Below are positions 41,876-51,086 of a DNA stretch of 64,000 bases, one piece after another; position 1 is the stretch's first letter; the number at the start of each line of letters is the position of its first letter. Origin of the DNA: an uncultured cyanobacterium (GTDB lineage Bacteria > Cyanobacteriota > Cyanobacteriia > Leptolyngbyales > Leptolyngbyaceae). The translations under genes and the position numbers were made by a program. Under the pieces are notes generated by a model that saw only the letters and a list, made by a program, of their open reading frames with translations, was not told the origin of the DNA and did no database searches. Where the stretch lies: NCBI GenBank assembly GCA_963766075.1, contig CAVYAN010000063.1, positions 1 through 64,000 of the forward strand, written 5' to 3'.

Positions 41876-42691
41876 CTAGAGACTCCCCTTCCCTTTGGTC
41901 ATCTCTAGGTTAATAAACGGCAACGCCCCACTCCCACCCATGACTTGGGGAAACTTGCCATCCCATTTTTCGATCGCTTGCTTCTGCAACAACTCCGGTG
42001 TCAGAGATTCCCGCAGCAATCGCTGAGCTTCGGCTTGGCCCTTAGCACGATTGACATTGGCTTCGGCTTCCTGCTCGGCCTCTTGGGCAATGTAGACCGC
42101 CCGCTGAGCCCGCTGTTCAGCAATTTGCTTTTCTTCCACCGCTTTGGAGAATTCCGTTGAAAACTCTAGGTCAACAACGCTGGTATCGAGAATGATAATG
42201 CCATATTTTTCTAGCCGCGCCCCCAAGGCAGTATCAAAATCTTGCTTCAGTTCCTCCCGCTTAGTAATGGCTTCTTCCACGGTGCGGCGGGCAGCAGCCA
42301 CTTTGAAGGATTCTTGGGTTTGGGGTGCAATGATTTTGGCTACGATGTTTTGCAGAGAACCCTGGGTGCGGCGGATGTTGACGACTTGGCTAGAATCCAG
42401 TCGAAAGTTAATGGCAAAGCTGGCGGTTAACTGCTGCAAATCCTTCGTAGAACTTTGGGCCGGGACTTCAAACTTTTGGACAGTGAGGTCGTAGACATCG
42501 ACGGTGGAAATTAAGGGCGGCTTCAGATGCACACCTTCGAGAAGCACACCATCTTGGGCTTTTCCGAGGACGCTGAGAACAGCAGCCTGTCCGGGGTTAA
42601 TAATGACGACACCATTGATGCCGATTAGGGCAGCGATCGCCACCAGGGCCAGTACTAAAGAGGTACGCCAGTCGAGACCTTGATTGTTCAC
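41876..42691 (-). CDS. Prohibitin / SPFH (band 7) family protein
   Basis: TM anchor; STKDLQ, AVEEKQIAEQRAQRA, KWDG. Confidence 0.93.
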   Translation of the reverse strand: MNNQGLDWRTSLVLALVAIAALIGINGVVIINPGQAAVLSVLGKAQDGVLLEGVHLKPPLISTVDVYDLTVQKFEVPAQSSTKDLQQLTASFAINFRLDSSQVVNIRRTQGSLQNIVAKIIAPQTQESFKVAAARRTVEEAITKREELKQDFDTALGARLEKYGIIILDTSVVDLEFSTEFSKAVEEKQIAEQRAQRAVYIAQEAEQEAEANVNRAKGQAEAQRLLRESLTPELLQKQAIEKWDGKFPQVMGGSGALPFINLEMTKGKGSL

Positions 42692-42854
42692 GGGAAATGA
42701 TTGCTCTGAAACGTTACCCCTTGAGCATAGACGACGCGATCGGCAAATGGGAAATCAAAGGGCTGAGGCGTTTACCGCTGGCCCACAGCGCTGATTCTGG
42801 GATGGGCTGATTCGTCCAGCCACTATTTTTCTACCGACCACTACTCTCCAGCCA

Positions 42855-43568
42855 CTATTCTTCCATCCACAACGGCACGCGATAGCGCGCCTCCCGCAGA
42901 TTGTCGTCCAACTGTTGGTAGTTCGCTTCATGCTGGCTAACCAAGGCCCAAAACTGCTTGGAGTGGTTGAGGTGAATCGTATGGCACAGCTCATGCACAA
43001 ACACGTAGCGCACTACAGCAGGCGCAAGAAACATGAGTTTACTGTTGAGGCTAATGGTTTGACGAGAGGTACAACTCCCCCAGCGGGTGCGCTGTTGGCG
43101 AATGGTGGCGGTGGTGAAGGGGAGAGCAACTTCTTGACTCACACTGCGCAACCAAGGAATGAGGTGCACACGAGCCTTTTGGGTCAGCCAGCGCTGGAGG
43201 GCGGTTTTGCAAAGACGAATATCACTAATCTCGCCAAGGAGCGTGAGTTGGTGTTCGGACTGTTCGACAATCCGGATACCGCGCAGAGGCGTTTGGGTAT
43301 AGTGGATGTGCCAGGTTTGGGCGATCGCCTGTAACTCCACCTCCGTGGGCAAGGCAACCCCAAAACCCTGCTGATGATATTCGACTTTTTGCAATACCTG
43401 GTTAATCCACCGCTGCTTTTTCTTGACAATGGCAGGGATTTGTTGCCGGTCGAATCCAGGGGGGACCACGATTTCCAGCTCACCCACGGGAGAAATCTTG
43501 AGGGAAACATGCTTGGCGCGGCGACTTTCCCGAACGGTATAGGTAGGCGACATGCGCAGTCTAGGCAA
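42855..43568 (-). CDS. YgjP/DUF45 M48-like metal-dependent hydrolase
   Basis: QRTRWGSC, YVFVHELCH, NHSKQFW. Confidence 0.92.
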   Translation of the reverse strand: MPRLRMSPTYTVRESRRAKHVSLKISPVGELEIVVPPGFDRQQIPAIVKKKQRWINQVLQKVEYHQQGFGVALPTEVELQAIAQTWHIHYTQTPLRGIRIVEQSEHQLTLLGEISDIRLCKTALQRWLTQKARVHLIPWLRSVSQEVALPFTTATIRQQRTRWGSCTSRQTISLNSKLMFLAPAVVRYVFVHELCHTIHLNHSKQFWALVSQHEANYQQLDDNLREARYRVPLWMEE

Positions 43569-43682
43569 CGATTGACACTTCTAATCATGCCCTAAGATGC
43601 CATTGTTGCGACGATCTCAAACCAATCAGTTAGACGGTGACCATAGGGCAATGGCCTATGAAATACGATGCGGTTATACCCC

Positions 43683-43698
43683 TGTGATCAGCATCACT
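43683..43698. promoter_or_regulatory. CRP (SyCRP1)-like binding site
   Basis: TGTGA-tcagca-TCACT, 9/10 match to TGTGA-N6-TCACA, in a divergent intergenic region. Confidence 0.45.
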
Positions 43699-43799
43699 AG
43701 AGAAACCATGCAGAATCACAGCAGATCAAGTCTGTGGATCACGCGGTTGCCAATTCAGAAAATTCATAATAATCCTGTTGAGTTGATCGGCATCCACCT

Positions 43800-44009
43800 A
43801 TGACTGCCCCTGTCATCGCCCCTGCTCCGCTACCAAGCCCCCCCTCCCCTCTGCAAGAAGTTGTGGCTCGCATTATTACTTCTCGTCGGATTACCCGCAT
43901 TGATCAATGCCTATTACTGGCATTGGGTGGGTCTAGTTCAGATGATCAGCATTTGATCAACCAAGTGTTTGATTGCCTGCGCCAAGGCCGCTTGCGCGTG
44001 GTAGAGTAA
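43800..44009 (+). CDS. Small hypothetical protein of cyanobacterial type
   Basis: LQEVVARIITSRRITRIDQ...INQVFDCLRQGRLRVVE. Confidence 0.75.
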   Translation: MTAPVIAPAPLPSPPSPLQEVVARIITSRRITRIDQCLLLALGGSSSDDQHLINQVFDCLRQGRLRVVE

Positions 44010-44078
44010 CCCGGCAATGGCTTCCGCAGAACATCAGACTTTTGAGTCAATTTTCTGAATCAATTTTCCCCTACTGAA

Positions 44079-45620
44079 CTAACTTTCTGACGAGGCTCGG
44101 TGAATCGGCAACAGAACGTTAAAAGTTGAACCTTCGCCCTGACGGCTTTTCACGGAAATTGATCCCCCGCAGTACAACAGCAACTGCTGCACAATGGTTA
44201 AACCCAAGCCCGCACCAATATTTTCTTCAGTGACTTGGCGCACCCGATAGAAGCGATCAAAGATTTTAGGAATTTCGCTGGGGGCAATGCCAATGCCCGT
44301 ATCCCGCAATTCAAGCTGAACATAGTCGCCTTGCTGCTTAGCCTTGACCCATACCTGGCCGCCACTGGGGGTAAACTTGATGCCATTGTGCAGCAAGTTA
44401 ATCACAATTTGCCGCAGCCAGCTTTTAGCACAGGACACGGCAGGCAAATCCTCTGGAATGGTGTAGGCCATCATAATGCCTTTTTCTTCGGCTAGGGGCT
44501 GATAAGTACTGACAAACCCGGGGACTGTTTCGCAAAGCTTGATGGGTTCAATGGACGTTTGCTCGGCGGTCTGATCCAGTTGCACCAGATCCAACAGGCT
44601 GGTGATCAGGGAACTCTGGCGATCGCATTCCTTCGCAATCAACTCCATATAGCGCTGTCGTTGCGGTGGCTTCAGACTCGGCGAATTCAGCAACGTTAGG
44701 GCGGTTTTAATCGTCGTGAGTGGTGTCCGCAACTCTTGCCCCACGTTACTCAAAAAATCATCCTTGAGTCGTACAGAACTCACCAATTCCTCATTTTGCC
44801 GCTGCAACACCGCCGCCGTTTCCGCTTGTTTCCGCACCGCCGCATAACGTTGCCATAGGTCGTCTTGCTTCTGCATTTGCCGGGTAAATAGGCTACTCAC
44901 CACATGAATATCCGAAGGCAACGCGGGCAAATCGGCCAATAACCCTTGCCATTGGACAACCGGATTCACACGGTCTTCGCTGGCTACACCCCCCGGCGTA
45001 GCGAGAGCCTGCCCCACCCCCCGAATCAAGTCCGCAACGAGGGCCGAATCAAACGACACAAAGGTCAGCAAGGTTTGTTTTTTCTCAGCGCTGTCCTCCG
45101 GAGCAGCATCGGTGGGCAGCCCCTGATCGGGCTTCACGGCTCGTGGACGATGGGCCAGGATAATGCCCTGAAACTCAGCAGACCAGACAATCAGAAAATA
45201 CTCGCGCCGCAGCAGACTGCTGGACTCCAGGGCAATGGGCACGACGGGACTGCCGCCATTCAACGCACTATGGCGCAGAGATAGCGTACTGTTGGTAAAG
45301 ATCGGCGTCGGCAGCGATCCGGAGTCGGCGATGCCCGCACTGACGTCATCCCCCTGCTCTTCTTTGAGGGATTTGAAGTTATAGATGGCCTTGGGTAGCC
45401 CAGGCAAAGCACTATAGCGATCCACTTCCGCCTGCCAAGAATCCCCCTTGGGGAGCTTTGCCCAGACGATCGCCCCAACCCGATTTTCCACCAGGCGATC
45501 AATCAACGCACTGACAGCGGACTTGAAGGTGGCCGGACTGAGCTGAGAAACAACAGGAGGGCGGACCGATTGAATCGCTAACTCGTACAAAGACATATCA
45601 GAGAGCAGCGTTGCATTCAT
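44079..45620 (-). CDS. DICT-domain histidine kinase-like protein lacking the phospho-acceptor His
   Basis: DICT-like LRREYFLIV; H-box reads FLSNVGQELRTPL; intact N/G1/F/G2 boxes. Confidence 0.88.
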   Translation of the reverse strand: MNATLLSDMSLYELAIQSVRPPVVSQLSPATFKSAVSALIDRLVENRVGAIVWAKLPKGDSWQAEVDRYSALPGLPKAIYNFKSLKEEQGDDVSAGIADSGSLPTPIFTNSTLSLRHSALNGGSPVVPIALESSSLLRREYFLIVWSAEFQGIILAHRPRAVKPDQGLPTDAAPEDSAEKKQTLLTFVSFDSALVADLIRGVGQALATPGGVASEDRVNPVVQWQGLLADLPALPSDIHVVSSLFTRQMQKQDDLWQRYAAVRKQAETAAVLQRQNEELVSSVRLKDDFLSNVGQELRTPLTTIKTALTLLNSPSLKPPQRQRYMELIAKECDRQSSLITSLLDLVQLDQTAEQTSIEPIKLCETVPGFVSTYQPLAEEKGIMMAYTIPEDLPAVSCAKSWLRQIVINLLHNGIKFTPSGGQVWVKAKQQGDYVQLELRDTGIGIAPSEIPKIFDRFYRVRQVTEENIGAGLGLTIVQQLLLYCGGSISVKSRQGEGSTFNVLLPIHRASSES

Positions 45621-45888
45621 GGGATGTTAAGGAGAGTGTTTTAATGATAAGAGTCGCTGTTGACCGCTCAACCTGATCGCAATCGATGCCCAGAGATAAT
45701 GCTCCAGTAATACCCAGTGAATACAGTGCTGGCGTTAGAGGCACTGGGTTCCGGCAGACCCTACCCTAAAATGACAAACAGGTTTAGCCCGACAACATAA
45801 ATATAGTCCCTATATCCTCTCCCATACGGACGCAATTCCGCCTACGCGATTCCCCCTAAGTATGCACCAAAATTTTCTGAAATGGCGC

Positions 45889-47049
45889 TTAGGCGGGAGG
45901 CCGATCCGTAGTCCTGCGGAGAACGGAGGCATTGACAGCATTGGGATAGCGTCCACCGGATGCGGAAGGCAGAGAAAATTGAAAGCTGCTGCCCTGGCCT
46001 AGGATGCTGGTGACCGTAATAGTCCCGCCCTGAAGCTCGACAAGACGGCGGCAAATGGCCAAGCCAACCCCCGTGCCGCCCGAGTGGCGATCGCGGGAGC
46101 GATCGGCCCGCCAAAACCGCTCAAAAACATGGGGCAAATCCTCTGCCGCAATCCCTTGGCCCGTGTCCACCACGGCAATCCAAATCTGATCGGCGGTTTC
46201 CCAGGCCCGCAGGGTAATTGTCCCCGTGAGCGTATAGCGCAGAGCATTGCCTAAAAGATTGATGAGGACCTGTTCCACCCGCTCTGGATCGGCCCACGCG
46301 GGAGCTAAATCCTCGGGGCATGCAACATGCAGAACGGGACCCTCTTCCGTCAACTGGTCAGAAAACTTGGTCCGCAGCGATCGCAATAGAGCCGGGACAG
46401 GCAGCACCTCAGCCCGAATCGGCAAGTACCCGGCCTCCGCCTGGGAAAGCTCCTGCAAATCATTCACCAATCGCCCCAACCGTGCCGTTTCCCGGCTCAG
46501 CCGTTGGTAAATCTCCGGCGTGGCCTCAATCGTGCCATCCCCTAGCCCTTCCAGATAGCCCTTCACTACCGTTAACGGGGTCCGCAACTCGTGGGTTAAG
46601 TCCCCAATCAACTCCCGCCGCCGCTGCTCCACCCCTTGTAAGTCCGCCGCCATCCGGTTAAAGCTGGTTGCCAGTTGGTTTAACTCAGGAATGTCGCTAC
46701 TGGGCAACCGCTCCTCTAGGTGCCCTGCGGCTACTTTCTGGGTGACCTGCTCCATCTGCTCCAGGGGCTGCATAATCCGCTTCGAGACCAGGTAGCTCAG
46801 CCCGCCCGCAGCAGAACCGCCAACGGCCACAGACCAAAGGGTGCCTCGGCTCCAGGTCGAGTCAAACACCTCCACGAGCCGCTGCCGCACCAAAAACAGA
46901 TTAACGCCCCGGCCCTCCAATTGCCGCAGAGACAGAACGAATAGCCGGGGCGTATAGAGTTTACTCACCGTCAGCAATGTGCTCAACCCCACCACCATCA
47001 CAATCAAGTGCGACAGAAAGAGACGAGCCCGGAGTCCAAGCTTAGGCAT
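45889..47049 (-). CDS. HAMP-domain sensor histidine kinase (BaeS-like)
   Basis: Two TMs, HAMP, LTHELRTPL, NLLGNALRY, DTGQG, GGTGVGL. Confidence 0.94.
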   Translation of the reverse strand: MPKLGLRARLFLSHLIVMVVGLSTLLTVSKLYTPRLFVLSLRQLEGRGVNLFLVRQRLVEVFDSTWSRGTLWSVAVGGSAAGGLSYLVSKRIMQPLEQMEQVTQKVAAGHLEERLPSSDIPELNQLATSFNRMAADLQGVEQRRRELIGDLTHELRTPLTVVKGYLEGLGDGTIEATPEIYQRLSRETARLGRLVNDLQELSQAEAGYLPIRAEVLPVPALLRSLRTKFSDQLTEEGPVLHVACPEDLAPAWADPERVEQVLINLLGNALRYTLTGTITLRAWETADQIWIAVVDTGQGIAAEDLPHVFERFWRADRSRDRHSGGTGVGLAICRRLVELQGGTITVTSILGQGSSFQFSLPSASGGRYPNAVNASVLRRTTDRPPA

Positions 47050-47219
47050 AGTGTTTAACCTGCATTGCGGCACCGTTCCAGCATAGCGGCACCCTCGTCA
47101 AGAAAGCCTGCGGCAGTGAGCCAGTAGTGAGATTATCGAGACGGCAAAGACAGACGGCAAAAGTCATAGTCACAGGCTTTGCCGCCACAGCGATGTGCGC
47201 TTTTGTAACGGATTTCAGC

Positions 47220-47927
47220 TCAAACAACAGCATCCTCGAACTTGTAGCCCACGCCGATCACGGTTTTGACGAAGGTAGGGGTGGACGGGTCGGGTTCGAT
47301 TTTTTTACGAAGGCGAGCAATATGAGTATCAACGACGCGCTCATCGCCAAAGAAGTCGCTGCCCCAGAGTTTATCAATGAGTTGGGTCCGATTCCAAACG
47401 CGCCCAGGGTGGCTCATGAAGGTAATCAGGAGTTCAAATTCAAGGGTGGTTAAATCAAGGGTTTCCGGCGCGTTAGCATCCAAGTGGCGCTGTGCCGATC
47501 GCTGATCGACATCAACGGTAAAGCTTTGGGTGCGGTAGTTTTGGGTTTGGCCGCCTTGGCGTAGGGTGCGGCGCAGAAGCGCCCGGACACGGGCGACCAG
47601 TTCTTTAGGGCTAAAGGGCTTGACCATATAGTCATCGGCCCCGGTGGATAGGCCAATGATGCGATCGAGCTCTTCGCCTTTGGCAGTCAGCATTAGAATG
47701 TAGGGATCCTTGGTGCCCGGTTTTTGGCGAATCCGGGCACACACTTCCAGGCCATCCAGGCCGGGAATCATCAGATCCAAGATGATGAGATCGGGGTTCT
47801 GCTCCTGAAAGGCCCTTAACGCGCTAATACCATCGCGACAGTGGCGACAGGTAAAGCCTTCCTTTTCCAGGTAAAGCTGAATCAGTTGGGCGATTTCGAT
47901 TTCGTCTTCGATGATCAGAATATCCAT
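47220..47927 (-). CDS. OmpR-family response regulator
   Basis: IIEDE, ILDLMIPG, GADDYMVKPF, winged helix RVVDTHIARLRKK. Confidence 0.96.
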   Translation of the reverse strand: MDILIIEDEIEIAQLIQLYLEKEGFTCRHCRDGISALRAFQEQNPDLIILDLMIPGLDGLEVCARIRQKPGTKDPYILMLTAKGEELDRIIGLSTGADDYMVKPFSPKELVARVRALLRRTLRQGGQTQNYRTQSFTVDVDQRSAQRHLDANAPETLDLTTLEFELLITFMSHPGRVWNRTQLIDKLWGSDFFGDERVVDTHIARLRKKIEPDPSTPTFVKTVIGVGYKFEDAVV

Positions 47928-48065
47928 AGTGAACCGGTGACAAAAGTTGAGGAGCGAAAAGTGTGGCGTTTGTAGATTTCGATGATACCGTTACCTATCT
48001 AGTGTGCTGTGGGCTGACTGGCAGAATCGCTCCGGTTAAATAGGCTGGCTCTATCGTCTGGGTTA

Positions 48066-50255
48066 ATGCAGATCGGGCTGGACGCATGGGACACTCCCTT
48101 TATTGTAGAGACTCGTAAATTTTGCGATCGCCTGATGTGTGCAATGGAATCCACCCTTTCTACCAACCAATTGACCGCCCTGGCTGAGCACCTCCAGAGC
48201 CATCTGCACCAAGAGCATCAGACCCAGTTTGAGACGCTACAGTTGCACGTGGTGCCGCTCCAGATTTATTGCGTGCTCAAGGGCAAGGATTTAATGGTAC
48301 TTGGGCAACATCGCCCGGACCAACCCCCCGATGCGGCGCAGATATTTCCCAGTCTGGAGAGTGCGATCCACACACTGCCGCCGGAATTGATGGCCAGCAT
48401 TTTTGATCCGCAAATGCTGCCCTGCCGCATCCAGGTGAAACTGTATTTGCGATCGCAGGGACAAAAGCAACCCTACGCCATGCATCCGTTTACCTTTGTG
48501 CCGGTCTTTATTCCCTCTCTGGAAGACCTAGAGCAAGCGTTGGATCGCCCCGATCCACTCCCTGAAGAGCCAAGCCTATCGCATCTCTCTTCAGAGAATC
48601 TATTCCAGGCCGATCCAGACCAGGCCGCTACAGCACCAGTAGGATCAGCCTATGCCGCTGTAGCGATCCAAAATGGAGTGCCTGAGAAGTGGCCCCATGC
48701 GGATGCCACACCGGAGGATTTAGGCGAGGATGCGTTACCCCTGAACGTCATGCAGCAGCAAGAAGCGATCGGGCAGCAGGCGTCGTCTGAAGCTGAATCT
48801 CTGCACACACCAGAATCTCTAGACACACCAGAGTCTTTATCCTCCCCAGAGTTCTCATTCCCAGATTGGGTTCCCGATCCGGTTGAACCAGGTTTTTCAG
48901 TCCAGCCCACGGCACTAACGGTGACAGAGGTGCCGCCGCCTGACCCCGAACCCGAGTTAGAGGCTCCCCTCCCCTGGCGGGCGATCGCCGCTGTGGGGGG
49001 ATTAGCGGCATTACTGAGCGGCTGGTTCGTGATGACCCGGCCCTGTGTCATCGATACCTGCCAGCCCTTACAAACGGCAACCCGGCTGAACTGGGAGATG
49101 GTTCAAACAATGGAATCCGCTCAATCGGTAGCCGATCTCAAGCGCGCCCAAGCCCATCTCGCGCAAATCAATCAGCAATTGCAACAGGTACCGCGCTGGT
49201 CGGGACGGTTTAGCAATGCCCAGGCCCTATTGCAGCGATCGCAAACCCAAGCCACGGAACTGGATCGGGTGATCGCTTCCCTGGATAAGGCCGACCAGGC
49301 CAATCGGGCGGCAGAACCAGGCGCATCATCGGGATCTGGCAAAGGGGATGTGGAAGCTCAGAAAACCCTATGGCAAAGCGCGATCGCTCAACTGGAAACG
49401 ATTCCCACGTCTAGCCTGCTCTATGGGTTTGCCCAGGCCCGGCTGACCGAATTCCAAGGCAACTTGAGCGCATTGGAACGCCAGGGATTATCCACGGCAC
49501 AGGCCAAGCAGCGGTTGTTGGCGGCCAAGGCTGCTGCCCAAAAGGCCCAGGAACGTCAAGATGCCGCCCAAACCCAAGAAGACTGGCAATTGACCCAAGC
49601 CACCTGGCTAACCGCAGTGAAAGCGCTCCAGGAAATTCCCCCCACCGCCGACAGCTATGGCGAAGCACAGCAACTGCTGCCCACCTATCGGGCGCAGGCC
49701 ACCGGGGTAGGCGATCGCTTGGTCCAGCTCCAGCAAAGCTACCAAGCCTATACCCAAGCCCTGGCGATCGCTGATCGTGCCCGCGCCCTAGAACAACAGA
49801 ACCAGTGGACCATGGCCGTGGTGACCTGGCGCAATGCCCTCAGCCGCGCCCAGCAGGTTCCGGCTGATTCCCCGGATGCTGCCCAAGCCCAAACGCTGAT
49901 CACGGCCTATAGCAGTGCCCTCAGTCAAGCGGAGGGGCAACTGCAAGCGGCGATCGCCCAACAGCGCATAAAAACCGATTTGGAAAAAGCCTGCACCGGA
50001 TCGGTCAAGATTTGCACCTTTGCGATCGCGCCCGAGGTCATTCGTCTACAACTCACCCCGGCCTACGAACAGGCCCTCAGCAAAGCCTACGCCGCCGGAC
50101 AATCTGCCGATCCTAACACCTACAACAAGACCTTGACGCATATCGACACGCTGCAAACCGCCCTGCAAACTATTTGCAACAATGCTGGCATTCCCCTACA
50201 GGTCTATAGCGCCAATGGCAGCGAACTGGTCGGCTCCTTTGATCCCCAGGGCTAG
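48066..50255 (+). CDS. Hypothetical single-TM protein with helical (TPR-like) extracytoplasmic repeats
   Basis: Acidic Pro-rich linker, TM, repeated W..A...L..IP motifs. Confidence 0.8.
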   Translation: MQIGLDAWDTPFIVETRKFCDRLMCAMESTLSTNQLTALAEHLQSHLHQEHQTQFETLQLHVVPLQIYCVLKGKDLMVLGQHRPDQPPDAAQIFPSLESAIHTLPPELMASIFDPQMLPCRIQVKLYLRSQGQKQPYAMHPFTFVPVFIPSLEDLEQALDRPDPLPEEPSLSHLSSENLFQADPDQAATAPVGSAYAAVAIQNGVPEKWPHADATPEDLGEDALPLNVMQQQEAIGQQASSEAESLHTPESLDTPESLSSPEFSFPDWVPDPVEPGFSVQPTALTVTEVPPPDPEPELEAPLPWRAIAAVGGLAALLSGWFVMTRPCVIDTCQPLQTATRLNWEMVQTMESAQSVADLKRAQAHLAQINQQLQQVPRWSGRFSNAQALLQRSQTQATELDRVIASLDKADQANRAAEPGASSGSGKGDVEAQKTLWQSAIAQLETIPTSSLLYGFAQARLTEFQGNLSALERQGLSTAQAKQRLLAAKAAAQKAQERQDAAQTQEDWQLTQATWLTAVKALQEIPPTADSYGEAQQLLPTYRAQATGVGDRLVQLQQSYQAYTQALAIADRARALEQQNQWTMAVVTWRNALSRAQQVPADSPDAAQAQTLITAYSSALSQAEGQLQAAIAQQRIKTDLEKACTGSVKICTFAIAPEVIRLQLTPAYEQALSKAYAAGQSADPNTYNKTLTHIDTLQTALQTICNNAGIPLQVYSANGSELVGSFDPQG

Positions 50256-50309
50256 GTAATCTTGGGAATGAGGAGTGATTGAATGCGGAATCTATTGGCT
50301 GCGTAATCT

Positions 50310-50801
50310 TTAGAAGGGAATATCGTCAAAATCCGCTGGAGAAGCCGACTTGGCAGGGGCTGTAACTGCTTTGGTGGCTTTGGGTTTTGCCTGGGACGTG
50401 GAATCGGGTTGCCATCCGGATTGGCTGGCAGGGGCGGCGGTAGGGGGAGTAGGCGCTGGGCCAGCAGGGGCAGGAGCACTGGCAGCCATTGGCACGTCGC
50501 TGCCCAGGGCATGAATGCGCTGGGCCGTGAGTTCCGCGCGCTTTTCCTTGAATCCTTCGGGACGATCCAAGGTATTCATGCCCAAACGCCCCTCAATGAC
50601 GATGCGATCGCCCGTATGGTATTTCTCCTGAATTTCCTGGGCCAAATTGCCCCAGCCAACGACCTTGAGCGTGGCAGCGGGATCCTCCGGACGCAGCCCC
50701 GGAAACTGTACCAGCATTTCGGCGATGGGGGTTTGCGTGTCCGAGGTATAGCGCAATTGCGGATCTTGGATGACTTCGGCGAGGAGGATGCAGTTATTCA
50801 T
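50310..50801 (-). CDS. ssb: Single-stranded DNA-binding protein (cyanobacterial SSB-like)
   Basis: MNNCILLAEVIQDPQLRYT, VIEGRL, acidic tail DFDDIPF. Confidence 0.92.
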   Translation of the reverse strand: MNNCILLAEVIQDPQLRYTSDTQTPIAEMLVQFPGLRPEDPAATLKVVGWGNLAQEIQEKYHTGDRIVIEGRLGMNTLDRPEGFKEKRAELTAQRIHALGSDVPMAASAPAPAGPAPTPPTAAPASQSGWQPDSTSQAKPKATKAVTAPAKSASPADFDDIPF

Positions 50802-51086
50802 AGAAAAATAGCGCTAGAAGTGGAGGAACAATTTGTCCCATTTTACGGTTTCCTGAGAGAAGTCGGGCTCCCCTGCCTTCCCAGGGCTTTATTCTACAGG
50901 TTCCTTGCCAATAGACTTCAAGCCATGAGAATCCATGGCAACTGTCGTCCAAATACCCGGACTTGAATTCTTGAAAAAGTGAAATAAATTGCCCCGGCGC
51001 ATCTGGAATGGGCTGGCTTTTGGAGTCTAGCCCCACTGCCAAACCCCCATCCAGGCCCACTGTCAGACCCACTGTCAATACAATTT

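Noticed and set aside
50824..50838. LexA-like palindrome upstream of ssb
   Set aside because: Spacer is 5 nt rather than 4 and the half-sites are degenerate.
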